DNA of 48,100 nt from a virus, in IMG/VR virus record IMGVR_UViG_3300001102_000009, positions 1-48,100 of that record. One strand, written 5' to 3'. Of this stretch, positions 31,282 to 40,761 are shown piece by piece (position 1 is the first letter of the stretch; the number at the start of each line of letters is the position of its first letter). Made by a program: the position numbers and the translations under genes. Under the pieces are notes generated by a model. The model was not told the DNA's origin. It saw only the letters and a program-made list of their open reading frames with translations, and ran no database searches.

Positions 31282-31491
31282 TTATTGTAATCCTGTTATA
31301 AAGTCGAGAACGAAGTCTCGGTTTGCTAATTCATCGTCTCTTGCATCCAACACCTCAATAGCATCTTGCAATTCTGCCGCACCTGTCTGTGCTACTGAGT
31401 CGTCGAATGGAACTTGTTGTGCGTCCGCCGGTTGTCCAGTATTAACTGGGACGAACACGTCTTGTGCTGAGTTGTTGTGATACTGTGGCAT
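31282..31491 (-). CDS. Small fibre-associated protein ending DFVLDFITGLQ
   Basis: 69-aa ORF whose C-terminal motif is shared with the next gene's product. Confidence 0.5.
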   Translation of the reverse strand: MPQYHNNSAQDVFVPVNTGQPADAQQVPFDDSVAQTGAAELQDAIEVLDARDDELANRDFVLDFITGLQ

Positions 31492-31492
31492 A

Positions 31493-32359
31493 TTAGAGTT
31501 TAGTTACTGAGAAGTTGACCCCCACGTACGACCAGATACCTGTCTCACTAGATTTAGTTGCTAGCTTAATGGTTTGGCCCGCAGAGATATTCAATTTCTT
31601 GTGCATAGACACATTAGACACCTCGTGTGCTGCCCCAGTAGTCACCGCGGCGTTGCTAAAGATAATGATGTCATTGAGTACTAGTTGGAATACGTAAGTC
31701 TCGTTGGCGCCCGGTCCCTTAAAGGATGCGTCAAACTGGATGTCGTATTCACCATCAGTGTTTACTAAGAATCCTTGGCGTTGCGTAGGTTGTCCTGCGA
31801 TGTCTACGGCGTCACCCACGGTGCTTAGGGTTGTGCTAGTTGACCATAACATAAGGGTACCCAGAGTCCCCATATTCACTCCGCCACCTCCAGCAACTGT
31901 CTGCACACCAAATGAGGTAGAGTTTGCGTCGATACCGCTGATGCCAAATATCTCTCCGTAGTTTACTTGGTCTACGTAATTCTTGGTTACAGCATCTGTC
32001 CCGTCAACTGGTTCGTTGACCTGCTTGATAACAGCTCCACCAGCATCGAATGTCTCGGCGTTGATGGTTACTGTCTCGGTAGTGTTGTCGATTGATAGTA
32101 GTGTACCGTTATTGTTTCCATCGTCGTCACCTAATACTAGGCGTCCGTCCACCTGTAACAATCCTTCATTGGCTGCGTCACTCAACTCTAGTCGAGTACC
32201 ACTTCCATTTTCGTTTACGTCACCAACTGCGAAGTTAAATCCTTCAGTATCAATCTGACGATTACCAAGCAATAGGTTGTCTTCTACAATTACTTCATCG
32301 AGTGTTGGAGTAGATCCTCCACCCGCAAAGTCTGTTATTTGTTTTAATAGGAATGACAT
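31493..32359 (-). CDS. Tail fibre protein with a C1q/TNF-like C-terminal head (putative)
   Basis: The motif VDGTDAVTKNYVD is typical of phage fibres. The C-terminus DGEYDIQFDASF...VFQLVLND...ISAGQTIKL fits the C1q-type pattern (G.Y.f ... L..GD.i.l). Confidence 0.55.
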   Translation of the reverse strand: MSFLLKQITDFAGGGSTPTLDEVIVEDNLLLGNRQIDTEGFNFAVGDVNENGSGTRLELSDAANEGLLQVDGRLVLGDDDGNNNGTLLSIDNTTETVTINAETFDAGGAVIKQVNEPVDGTDAVTKNYVDQVNYGEIFGISGIDANSTSFGVQTVAGGGGVNMGTLGTLMLWSTSTTLSTVGDAVDIAGQPTQRQGFLVNTDGEYDIQFDASFKGPGANETYVFQLVLNDIIIFSNAAVTTGAAHEVSNVSMHKKLNISAGQTIKLATKSSETGIWSYVGVNFSVTKL

Positions 32360-32368
32360 AATTATTTA

Positions 32369-35300
32369 TTAAGCTGGTACATATTGTGCTACAACACGGT
32401 CAGTAGTTTCGACGTTAAAGCCGATGTCTGCTGGTGTAAGTGCAAACTCACCCACGTTATCGACTGCTACACCTGAGTTGGCAAGTGTGTCGAATACTTG
32501 GCCGTTAATGAAGATGAGTACGTTGTTTGGATCAGCTGGTGCGTTAGCTAGGTCAGCAAAGACGTTTTGCGCTGATACAGTGATAAGTTCAGAGATAGCT
32601 GAGTTAGATGTTGCAGAACCTGGTACACCTGTAACTTCTAGGAAGTGCCATAGTGATGTTGAGCCACCACCTGACCATACTGAGAAGTAGTAAGTTTCAC
32701 CTGCCGTAAGTGTTACGTCTGTGTAGGTTTTGTCTGAGTCTGCTGCCAGCAATCGGTCTGCGTCGGTTGTGTATGCTACATCCACTGTTGGGTTGGCCTG
32801 TGTTGCGGGTGTAGTAGTGATTGAGAAAGCGTTTGTTCCTGTGTTGTTTCCAGCACTGTGCTTGATTGTATAATCGCCAGATACTAGTGGCACAAAGCTA
32901 CCTACATTGATGTACTGTGGGCCGACTGCGTTGGCTTGTGTAACGTCACCAAAGAATGATGGTTGGTTCGGGTCTTCTACTTGTCCAACTCGCACCCACG
33001 GCCATACGTTGTTATCGTCCGGTGTGTCTGCTTGGATGTATGACTGTAGCCAGCCAAGGTCTTCGTTGTAGAATGTATCACCATTACATAGTTCGCCGTC
33101 AATCTCTAGCTGTCGGATGTTTAGGTTTGGTAGTGATGGGAATGTTCCTTGCTTTTCAAAGCCTACATAGTCAACGGTTAGGTTGTGGTTTTGAGCCGAA
33201 GCGTTACCTCCACTGAATACACCCAAGTAGTATTTACCAGGCTGTAGTGTGACCTCGTAGCTTTTCTCTGGTGTTGTAGCTGTAATTCTGTCAGCTGTTG
33301 AGCTAAATATGTCTGCCGCTGCAACAGCTCCCGGGTCAACAAAGCCATTACCATCTAATGTGTAGGGGATAGTTGAAATACCCATGCCGGAAAATCCATC
33401 ACCGTTACCAGAAAGACCGATACCTTCGTGAGTTACAGTTATTGTCTGTGGGTATTCAATTTCAATAACCCCAGCAGTCCTTGCTCCGAGTCCAGGGCCA
33501 TTATTGTTAGTAAAGCCAATTCCTGCGATTCGTTTGGTTACTGGATGTACTTCCTTGTCACTATATGTGGTCCCGTCTGGAAGCTCAACATATTGTTCTC
33601 CGACTAGGATGTCCTTACCATTTGTTGTAGTGAGTGGTGCTGCCGCTGTGACTACAGTCCCGAATGTATCAACTGTTTCAGGGCACAATGTCCATGTTCC
33701 TGGGATAGAAGCAATTGGTGTTAGAGTGTTTGCTGTTCGGTCCACTTCAAGTAGACTGCCGTCTTCATTAGTACGAACGGTGTGTTCGATAGGTTCAGGA
33801 CTAAGATCTGCATTCACATCATACAGAACGAATCCTGTAGCTGGTCCTTGGTGTGTCCATTCAATTTGGGTAGCACCTAGGAATGTAAACTCGTTACGAT
33901 TATTACCATTACCTGAGTATGCTTGTGGTCCAACTCCCGCTTGGTTGAAGGCATCGCCAAGAACCATCGAGTCGATAGGGGTGATGAAGTTTACAATCTC
34001 ATTACCGTTTAGTCGTTGTACTCCAAGAGTAACATCTGTTGGTGAGTCAAATGTAAGTACGATTGTGCCATCTACATTAGTAGTAGTGGTTGTAACTCTG
34101 ACTGCATCGCCAGCTGGTAGTAAACCTCCGTCACCTGCTACACTCGCTGCCAATGTAAGTGGGCCGGTCAGAGCCACTGTTGATGTGACACCTGACGTTG
34201 TTGCTGAGTTATCGTCTGCATAGTCTGTACCAGTAAAGAGTGCTTGAACTGGTGCTTGAGGTTCTTCGTAGCATTCTTCTTTGATCCAGTTGCTGATCTC
34301 CTCACCCACAAACGGAATACAAGTTGCTTCGATAGAAACGGCGGTAACCCGAATGTCTGATGATGGTGCAGCTCCCGCTTGGTTTGTGTCGATGAATCGA
34401 ACGGTTACATCCTCAGTAGGATAGAAGTCAACGGTCTCAGTTACAGCTGTGGCACTGTTAGCTTCGTAGTCACCGGTCTTGATCACTTGACCACCCTGTA
34501 CAATTTCATATGCAAAGAATGTATCTTGACCTGGGTTGCCATTGAAGTAGTGGTCGAATGACAGTGTATGCTTCTTGCCAATGTTAGTTACCGGAAACGC
34601 ACGTTCTGCTGTACCACCAACTAATCCTCCACCTCCAAATACAATATCTCCGCCACCAATTACTGCGCCTGTTGTAACTGTAAACGTGGTTGGCAATAGT
34701 GTTTCAGTTGATTCAACACATGATTCACTTGCAATAAACCCTGGTCGACCTGTAGGTAAAATACCAACTACTTCACCTGCTTGTCCTACAATATTGTCAA
34801 TCTCAAACTCGAAGCCAGGAATATTACTTACCCAGCTATAGCCTTTTTCTGAAACTGATGTAATGTTCTCATCATCGTTTTGGTCAAAGATACGGTTTGT
34901 AGCTGTAACCCGTGGCGTGTCACCTGGCGGATTTGCAAGTACTGAAATGCCTTGAATACCAGTAGTGACGGGAGCACTAGCTTCTGTAGGTCGATATTCA
35001 TGTCGCCATCGTGAAGCACCAGAAGCGTCTGCATCGGTAGTTGTACCCTCATAACTCATCTCGTTGTAATTCTGGTGCTCCATATTGACACGACTCAATT
35101 CATGTTCAACACTTGTCACTCCAGACGGGAAGGTCTTTGCAGTACCATCGTAGATGTGATTTGGGGCGTCGTCTACCGGGCATGGTGTCCACCCTTCAGT
35201 GATTGCATCCGATACAGTCAGGACTGAGCTGTCTGACTCTTTCAGATATGTCCCGTCCATCTGTAGGAAAGCTCGTGGTGATGCTCCCGCCACTGGTGTA

Positions 35301-35920
35301 AATCCGTCACCTGTCGTAAGCCCTACAAAGTTGGCTGTGATAGCTGATGCTGTCGGTAAGTCGTTATATGCTGTTCCGCTGGCTTCATCGTCAAAGTAGC
35401 CAGTGTCTGATACAGCTCCTACTTGTACAGCAACCAAAGATCCGTTTGTCTTTGTCACTTCAAAATGGAAACCATACATTGTGTTCGGGTTTGTGGTTGC
35501 CCCCGTTACGGCTGTAGCTGGGAATCCAACAAGGTAGATGTCAATGGTTGCTCCCTCTGCTGGGTCAATTAAAGTTCCTGCAACACCGATAGTGTTTGGG
35601 TCAAGTGCTACGTTGAAAAATCCTGTACTGATGATATTCCCATCAGACAGTGTGGCGACCTCAACAGCTGAGTTTACTTCTGTAGCTACTGTAGTTGCTA
35701 TCGCTGTGCCGACAAGTTCGATACATGAAGGCACACCACCGTTTGTTACAGGAATCCACTGTGTACCATCCCACTCTTGTCGAGTGTCAGTGTCTCGTTG
35801 ATAAATCTCCAATCCTTTGTTGTCAACACCAAGAACAGCCGCAATCTGAGATAGTTCAGTTGCGTCTGCGACAGTTCCGTCGTTGTAGATATCAAGAATT
35901 GGTACGTTATTTGTATTCAT
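32369..35920 (-). CDS. Large tail fibre or spike protein (1183 aa) with internally duplicated beta-sandwich modules
   Basis: It is a long Thr/Gly/Val-rich ORF. The duplicated segments are EKSYEVTLQPGKYYLGVFSGGNASAQNHNLTVDYVG and DKTYTDVTLTAGETYYFSVWSGGGSTSLWHFLEVTG. Confidence 0.65.
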   Translation of the reverse strand: MNTNNVPILDIYNDGTVADATELSQIAAVLGVDNKGLEIYQRDTDTRQEWDGTQWIPVTNGGVPSCIELVGTAIATTVATEVNSAVEVATLSDGNIISTGFFNVALDPNTIGVAGTLIDPAEGATIDIYLVGFPATAVTGATTNPNTMYGFHFEVTKTNGSLVAVQVGAVSDTGYFDDEASGTAYNDLPTASAITANFVGLTTGDGFTPVAGASPRAFLQMDGTYLKESDSSVLTVSDAITEGWTPCPVDDAPNHIYDGTAKTFPSGVTSVEHELSRVNMEHQNYNEMSYEGTTTDADASGASRWRHEYRPTEASAPVTTGIQGISVLANPPGDTPRVTATNRIFDQNDDENITSVSEKGYSWVSNIPGFEFEIDNIVGQAGEVVGILPTGRPGFIASESCVESTETLLPTTFTVTTGAVIGGGDIVFGGGGLVGGTAERAFPVTNIGKKHTLSFDHYFNGNPGQDTFFAYEIVQGGQVIKTGDYEANSATAVTETVDFYPTEDVTVRFIDTNQAGAAPSSDIRVTAVSIEATCIPFVGEEISNWIKEECYEEPQAPVQALFTGTDYADDNSATTSGVTSTVALTGPLTLAASVAGDGGLLPAGDAVRVTTTTTNVDGTIVLTFDSPTDVTLGVQRLNGNEIVNFITPIDSMVLGDAFNQAGVGPQAYSGNGNNRNEFTFLGATQIEWTHQGPATGFVLYDVNADLSPEPIEHTVRTNEDGSLLEVDRTANTLTPIASIPGTWTLCPETVDTFGTVVTAAAPLTTTNGKDILVGEQYVELPDGTTYSDKEVHPVTKRIAGIGFTNNNGPGLGARTAGVIEIEYPQTITVTHEGIGLSGNGDGFSGMGISTIPYTLDGNGFVDPGAVAAADIFSSTADRITATTPEKSYEVTLQPGKYYLGVFSGGNASAQNHNLTVDYVGFEKQGTFPSLPNLNIRQLEIDGELCNGDTFYNEDLGWLQSYIQADTPDDNNVWPWVRVGQVEDPNQPSFFGDVTQANAVGPQYINVGSFVPLVSGDYTIKHSAGNNTGTNAFSITTTPATQANPTVDVAYTTDADRLLAADSDKTYTDVTLTAGETYYFSVWSGGGSTSLWHFLEVTGVPGSATSNSAISELITVSAQNVFADLANAPADPNNVLIFINGQVFDTLANSGVAVDNVGEFALTPADIGFNVETTDRVVAQYVPA

Positions 35921-35923
35921 ATG

Positions 35924-37012
35924 TTATTTTAATATGGTTACCGTGAATAAGTCACCAGCTGCAATCGTGGCAGTAGGTACAATGTCCTGGCCGACAATGG
36001 TGTAATCAACCAAGTGTGTTAGGTAGTCTCCGTTGTTGTGGACAATGATGTTGTTTGTGTCAGTTGGTAGTGTGTCAAGTGTGAATGTCAGTTGTGTCTG
36101 TCCAGCTGTACCAACAAAGTCTTCGCTAATAATTGAATTAACTGACTTAATCCAGTAAACTGTTACCACCTCTCCAACAGCTAATGGCTGTGTAAATGTA
36201 AAGTCTTGGCCAGCCTGTAGATAATCATTTAATAGTCCTTCTGTTTTGTAGTCACCGTTTCTTACCACAAACACCTTTACGTTATCTGGGATAGTTTCCG
36301 AAACAGTTACTGTTGTCTCGCCACCTGCGAATCCATTAAATGTTTCTACACAGACAAGATCTGGAGTAACGGTTGAGTCAATATATGGTTCAACGTCTAC
36401 TGTAATCTCGTCAGGGTTTACAACCGTAAATAGTTTCTGATATGGTTCTCCCGCAGCTAGTAGTGTCCGTGGAATTGCCTGTCCTATGTTGTTGGGATCA
36501 GATACATATTCCATACCTACAATTAGTCCGTGTCCTGGTAATTCAACCACTCCCTTCTCAATCGCCCTTCCTTCTGCGACCACAAGTGCTCGTGCTGCAA
36601 GGTCTACTGTTCCACCTGGTAGCCATGCACCTGTCGTGGTAACGTATGTGGGGGTGAGTGGTAACATTGCTGTCTCTAGTGTGTCGAAACAGTTGTCATC
36701 AAAGTAAGAAAGATCAAGTACTGTATCATTGCCCGTTCCATCGGTAATGACAAGCGCTTCGTTGTCTCTATCGAAAGTGACGCTTGCAATTGCTCCACTG
36801 CTAGCCCCACCACCACCTTGTATTGCGATACCGGCAATTCCTGCTGAAAGGTTTTCTATTGCTCTTTTAAATTCTTCTGTCTGAACCTGCATATCCTCAA
36901 CAACCTCGAATAGTTCTCCGTGGTTGTTTGCGTTAGTTTGTATGTAGCCCTTGAGGGTTGCTATGTGATTCTTTAGGAGTTCTATTTCTCCATTGTTATT
37001 ATTTTCTGGCAT
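35924..37012 (-). CDS. Tail fibre / structural protein
   Basis: 362 aa with an N-terminal coiled coil, then a Gly-rich segment and a beta-rich region. Confidence 0.55.
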   Translation of the reverse strand: MPENNNNGEIELLKNHIATLKGYIQTNANNHGELFEVVEDMQVQTEEFKRAIENLSAGIAGIAIQGGGGASSGAIASVTFDRDNEALVITDGTGNDTVLDLSYFDDNCFDTLETAMLPLTPTYVTTTGAWLPGGTVDLAARALVVAEGRAIEKGVVELPGHGLIVGMEYVSDPNNIGQAIPRTLLAAGEPYQKLFTVVNPDEITVDVEPYIDSTVTPDLVCVETFNGFAGGETTVTVSETIPDNVKVFVVRNGDYKTEGLLNDYLQAGQDFTFTQPLAVGEVVTVYWIKSVNSIISEDFVGTAGQTQLTFTLDTLPTDTNNIIVHNNGDYLTHLVDYTIVGQDIVPTATIAAGDLFTVTILK

Positions 37013-37099
37013 ATGCTTCGTTGCTTATTGCTCGTTTTGCTTATTGTTAAAAGAGGTAACATCCTCATCTTCACCCCCATTGGGGGCAAAGTGAAGAAA

Positions 37100-38329
37100 C
37101 TAAACCGTTTCGTCAAAGTCTGGTTCTGATGCTCGACAAGCCAGGTACTGGTTAAAGTCACCTGCCCCACAGCCTCCACAGTTATTACAGTCGTAATAGA
37201 AGTGGAATCCATATACCAAGTTGTTGGCTGGATCTGTGTATAGGTCGAAGTTGTTCGGGAAGTCTTGTAGCCCCGAGAAGTGTGAGGCTACTGCAACTAG
37301 TTTACAGTTCACACCATTGCCACGTAGAGCGGTGATGATCTCCTGCATCGCGAACGCCCAGCTTGCATGGTCAATTGTTACACCATACTGTGGTTCGTTA
37401 ACTGGATCACACATTTCTAGTGCTGGGTGGTTTTGCAACTGAGTTGCATTACCCGCAGCGTCCGGGAATGAGTGGGTCATCAATGCTGTTGCATAGTTGA
37501 TGTATTCGTTGAAACCAGGGCCAACAGCTGAGTTGGTGTCACTGATCTTTACACCCTCCATAGTAGCGTAGTTGTTACCATTACCGGGGTGTAGAATGTC
37601 GAGTACAACCTTAATACCGGCGTTCTGACATCTGTTCATTAGAGACTCAACATGACCCAGGAAGTTGGGACGTAGTGCTGTACCATCCCATAACCAATCT
37701 CCACCACTTCCTGGCTGACCAATTGGGTAACGGATAAGTGATAGTCCACGACCCGCTAGATCAATCAGTGTTTCTTGGCTCGGTTCACGTCCGTTAAGGC
37801 CTGAACCAAATGTTGGCGGGCTGTTAGCGGCATCAACATAGAACTCGTTACCAGCGTAGTTTAGTCCAACTGATGGACTATACACTGCTTCGTATGATGT
37901 GGCTGTGTTGTTTGCAACAACGGTCGGTGTAGCAGTTTCACCATTTGTGATACTGTACGGATTAAGGAAATAGTTCTGGAAACCTTCATGGGCTGTTGAC
38001 CAGCCTGTGAAGTAGTGCTTCCGTGACCCTGTCTCTTTTGCTGCCCAATATTCAACTGCCTTACGTGAGGCGTTATTGAACAAGGCCTGTTCAGCTGGTC
38101 CAAACTCGTTGTTGGGATTTGCTTCGCTTGAGTGTGGGAACCCAAACTCACCGATCAATAGTTCAATGTTGTTTGCGTCTGCAAAGTCTGCAACAGGCTT
38201 CATCCGGTTAAGGATGTATGCCTCCACCTTGTTGTCAGATACAAACTGTGTACCGACTGGTGGCGCCACAAAAGGCGTTCCCGGTGTTTGGTACGCTTGT
38301 TGTGTTAGTTTTCCTAGTATAAATGCCAT
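37100..38329 (-). CDS. Glycoside hydrolase family 5-like enzyme (virion-associated polysaccharide depolymerase candidate), apparently circularly permuted
   Basis: GH5 landmarks are LSLIRYPIG, KVVLDILHPG, CDPVNEPQYG (acid/base NEP) and VYGFHFYYD. The nucleophile motif IELLIGEFGFP lies near the N-terminus instead of after HFY. Confidence 0.6.
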   Translation of the reverse strand: MAFILGKLTQQAYQTPGTPFVAPPVGTQFVSDNKVEAYILNRMKPVADFADANNIELLIGEFGFPHSSEANPNNEFGPAEQALFNNASRKAVEYWAAKETGSRKHYFTGWSTAHEGFQNYFLNPYSITNGETATPTVVANNTATSYEAVYSPSVGLNYAGNEFYVDAANSPPTFGSGLNGREPSQETLIDLAGRGLSLIRYPIGQPGSGGDWLWDGTALRPNFLGHVESLMNRCQNAGIKVVLDILHPGNGNNYATMEGVKISDTNSAVGPGFNEYINYATALMTHSFPDAAGNATQLQNHPALEMCDPVNEPQYGVTIDHASWAFAMQEIITALRGNGVNCKLVAVASHFSGLQDFPNNFDLYTDPANNLVYGFHFYYDCNNCGGCGAGDFNQYLACRASEPDFDETV

Positions 38330-38332
38330 ATC

Positions 38333-38470
38333 TTAGTGAATTACCTTAATCTCTCCTGTCTCCTTATGACGCCAGACCTCCTTTGGGGCTGAGTCACGTA
38401 CTGTGATTGCTGATGGGTCACGTTCATCCTTTTGGATAAGATCCCACTCTTTTGTATCGAGTGTAGACAT
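38333..38470 (-). CDS. Possible 45-aa ORF
   Basis: It reads MSTLDTKEWDLIQKDERDPSAITVRDSAPKEVWRHKETGEIKVIH. It starts 1 nt after the upstream stop, and the next ATG follows 3 nt after its own stop. Confidence 0.35.
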   Translation of the reverse strand: MSTLDTKEWDLIQKDERDPSAITVRDSAPKEVWRHKETGEIKVIH

Positions 38471-38471
38471 A

Positions 38472-40334
38472 TTAAGCGATCTTAGTGATTTTCAGTGTTG
38501 TCGCCCAGTCACCTTCTGACTGTGCGTCTAGTGCTGCACCAGAGTCCTGGAATACAACTAGTCGGATAGTATCTCCAGCGGCTAGTACTTCTAGTGCTGA
38601 TGCTGAGTTGTAAGTCTCGAAACCTACAGCAGCGTTACGTCCGATACCGATTGTCTGAGAAAGGTTCTTCTCAATACTTGTGCTTCGGAGTCCGTTGCTG
38701 TTTGTTTGCCACTTCATCGTTGCCTTGATGTCGTAAAGTCCGTCTTCTTGGATGGTGTAGAACTCGTTGCTTACACCAGTGTCGAATCCGTTACCGACAT
38801 TTACAACTGCTGTGTCGAATGTGAATGGCGTGTTAGACCCTTGTGGAATAGAAGTGTTTACACCCTTAAAGATGTGAGCAACTTGCTGCGCACCCGGTGT
38901 TGATACCCAGCCTTTATTACCCGTACCATCTGTTCCGTAGAACATGTTGTTCCCCGGTGCGGCTGCGTCACCTACTAGTTGTAGATCACCACCGTCAACC
39001 TCAATTGAGTTCTTGACTGTGGTAGCTGCTGCTCCACCTCCAAGGTTATCAATACCAACCCATCCTGTTGTAGTGTAGGTTAGAAGAACTGCGTCACGTG
39101 CACCTGATAGTACGTATGCGTTGTCACCGTTTACGGCTTCTGCGAATGTTACGTCTTGGTCAGCGTCGTTGTGAGTGATAAGTAGTTTTCGTCCAAATAC
39201 TGCTGGTGTACCCAGTGTAATTTCAACTGATGCAGCAAGCCCGGCTGTGTTTACCTCAAGGTGCTCATCTGTGTTAGCGATTGAGTAGTTAGCAGTTACA
39301 ATGTTCCATGATCGGTTTTGTCCACGAAGCCATTGTAGTGGCATGCCGTCTGACTGTAATTGGAACTGGTTGTACTGTGGACCAGTATAATCTGCGTTTG
39401 CAAATGTAGAGTAAAGCAATGGTGCTCCAGCTCCCTGAATATCGTATACAAGTCCTGGTACGATTCGGTATGACTTATTTGTTCCGTCAACCAGTTCTAG
39501 TCGATCTGAAATAAGTGTTCCATTGTTTGCTTGACCCGCTCCAATTAGTTCGTACTGTCCGGCAGCAACAACTAGTGCTGTAACCGTAAATCCGATTGGT
39601 AGGGTTGTGTCTAGTGCGTCAATGTTAGCTCCTGGTGACTGAATGTCAAGAGTATCTGTTGCGTCTGATGCAAGTCGCATGTTAAATGCCTTACCGACTT
39701 CTGCTGCTGTTGGCACTGGTAGAGTAACAACTTCACCTGGTTGAGTTGTAGTCATTCGGTGGAGTGTTGGGGCCTCTTCTGTAGCAATGTCTGCAACCGC
39801 AAGAGTAACTGAGTCAGTTGTCTCTGCTAGTGGTACAAGTTCTGCTTCTGTAGCCGCCAATAGTGCTGCAACGTCTGTTTCAACCTGATCAAGATCGACC
39901 GGCTGTGTAACAGTTACGTTGTCTGTCTTTGCTTTTGATGCTGCAACGTCTGTCTCCACTGCGTCAAGGTCAACTGGTTGTGTGACTGTAACTAGGTCTG
40001 ACTTTGCTTTGTCAGCCGCTGATTGTACACCAGCGTCTGTTGCTGTAGCTGCTGGGATCACTGCGTTTGTTCCAGTAGATGAAGTTACTTCAACACTGGT
40101 TGCATCAACTGTTCCAACTGCAAGGTCAGCATTACCCGCTCCTCCGGTCTTCCAGTCTGTGTTGCCTAGTTCAGCATCAATTGCCGCCTCGATTCCTGCA
40201 CCGTCAGCTAAAACAAAGTTACGCAACTGGGTGGTTGTGATTTTTTCGTTAGTACCAAACTCTGCTGCTGCGATTTCTTCGTTTCCTGAAACCGCTGCTG
40301 CTGGGTTTAGTTCTGAGATTTTTAGATCTGCCAT
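38472..40334 (-). CDS. Tail fibre protein with tandem VTVTQPVDLD modules and a C1q/TNF-like C-terminal head (putative)
   Basis: 620 aa starting MADLKISELNP. It carries the repeats DLVTVTQPVDLDAVETDVAA and DNVTVTQPVDLDQVETDVAA. The C-terminus is EDGLYDIKATMKW...LEVLAAGDTIRLVVFQ. Confidence 0.65.
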   Translation of the reverse strand: MADLKISELNPAAAVSGNEEIAAAEFGTNEKITTTQLRNFVLADGAGIEAAIDAELGNTDWKTGGAGNADLAVGTVDATSVEVTSSTGTNAVIPAATATDAGVQSAADKAKSDLVTVTQPVDLDAVETDVAASKAKTDNVTVTQPVDLDQVETDVAALLAATEAELVPLAETTDSVTLAVADIATEEAPTLHRMTTTQPGEVVTLPVPTAAEVGKAFNMRLASDATDTLDIQSPGANIDALDTTLPIGFTVTALVVAAGQYELIGAGQANNGTLISDRLELVDGTNKSYRIVPGLVYDIQGAGAPLLYSTFANADYTGPQYNQFQLQSDGMPLQWLRGQNRSWNIVTANYSIANTDEHLEVNTAGLAASVEITLGTPAVFGRKLLITHNDADQDVTFAEAVNGDNAYVLSGARDAVLLTYTTTGWVGIDNLGGGAAATTVKNSIEVDGGDLQLVGDAAAPGNNMFYGTDGTGNKGWVSTPGAQQVAHIFKGVNTSIPQGSNTPFTFDTAVVNVGNGFDTGVSNEFYTIQEDGLYDIKATMKWQTNSNGLRSTSIEKNLSQTIGIGRNAAVGFETYNSASALEVLAAGDTIRLVVFQDSGAALDAQSEGDWATTLKITKIA

Positions 40335-40358
40335 ATTAATATGATTATTTATTTTTTA

Positions 40359-40742
40359 CTAAGGTGCAATTTCTTGCACGAATACGTCACCGTTTTCTGA
40401 TAAGATTTGGTCACCGTCTTGTTGGGTAATGTCAAATGATTGTGCAACCACCTGTGATAGTACCCATGTATTGTTTGCCTGATCCCAAATAATTGATTGT
40501 CCATCGAATGTCCCTGGATTTGTATTAAGTAGGGCGATGAGACTTGCTGGATCAAAGCATCCAATGAGTTCGTCTCTTAATTGTGTACAAACTGCCGCAG
40601 ATAAGTTCTGCAATATTGCTGCTTGTAGCTGTTCGACTGTTGCCTTGGTTGAAAGACCTGAGCTTGTATCAATGAGGTGAACAAGATCCGGCAACTGTAC
40701 GTCTGGTGCGGCTGGTAAGCCTGTTACTTTAATGTCTGCCAT
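40359..40742 (-). CDS. Small fibre or adaptor protein (N-terminus MADIKVTGLP is a paralogue of the 620-aa fibre N-terminus)
   Basis: 127-aa ORF. Confidence 0.55.
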   Translation of the reverse strand: MADIKVTGLPAAPDVQLPDLVHLIDTSSGLSTKATVEQLQAAILQNLSAAVCTQLRDELIGCFDPASLIALLNTNPGTFDGQSIIWDQANNTWVLSQVVAQSFDITQQDGDQILSENGDVFVQEIAP

Positions 40743-40761
40743 ATTTTTATTAATTAATTAA

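Noticed and set aside
33504-34223. Long plus-strand ORFs antisense to the structural genes, for example 33504..34223 (239 aa), 30538..31023, 42871..43545, 44146..44964, 46412..46870 and 39919..40344
   Set aside because: All lie entirely inside much longer minus-strand ORFs that have recognisable protein features. Their translations are low-complexity (Ser/Ala/Val/Pro-rich), which is typical of antisense frames. There are no promoters or tidy start/stop junctions.
36073-36083. Another tgtcaagtgtg (cacacTTGACA on the minus strand) inside the 362-aa fibre gene
   Set aside because: No acceptable -10 lies 16-18 nt downstream (the sequence there is aacaac). It is probably a chance match within coding sequence.
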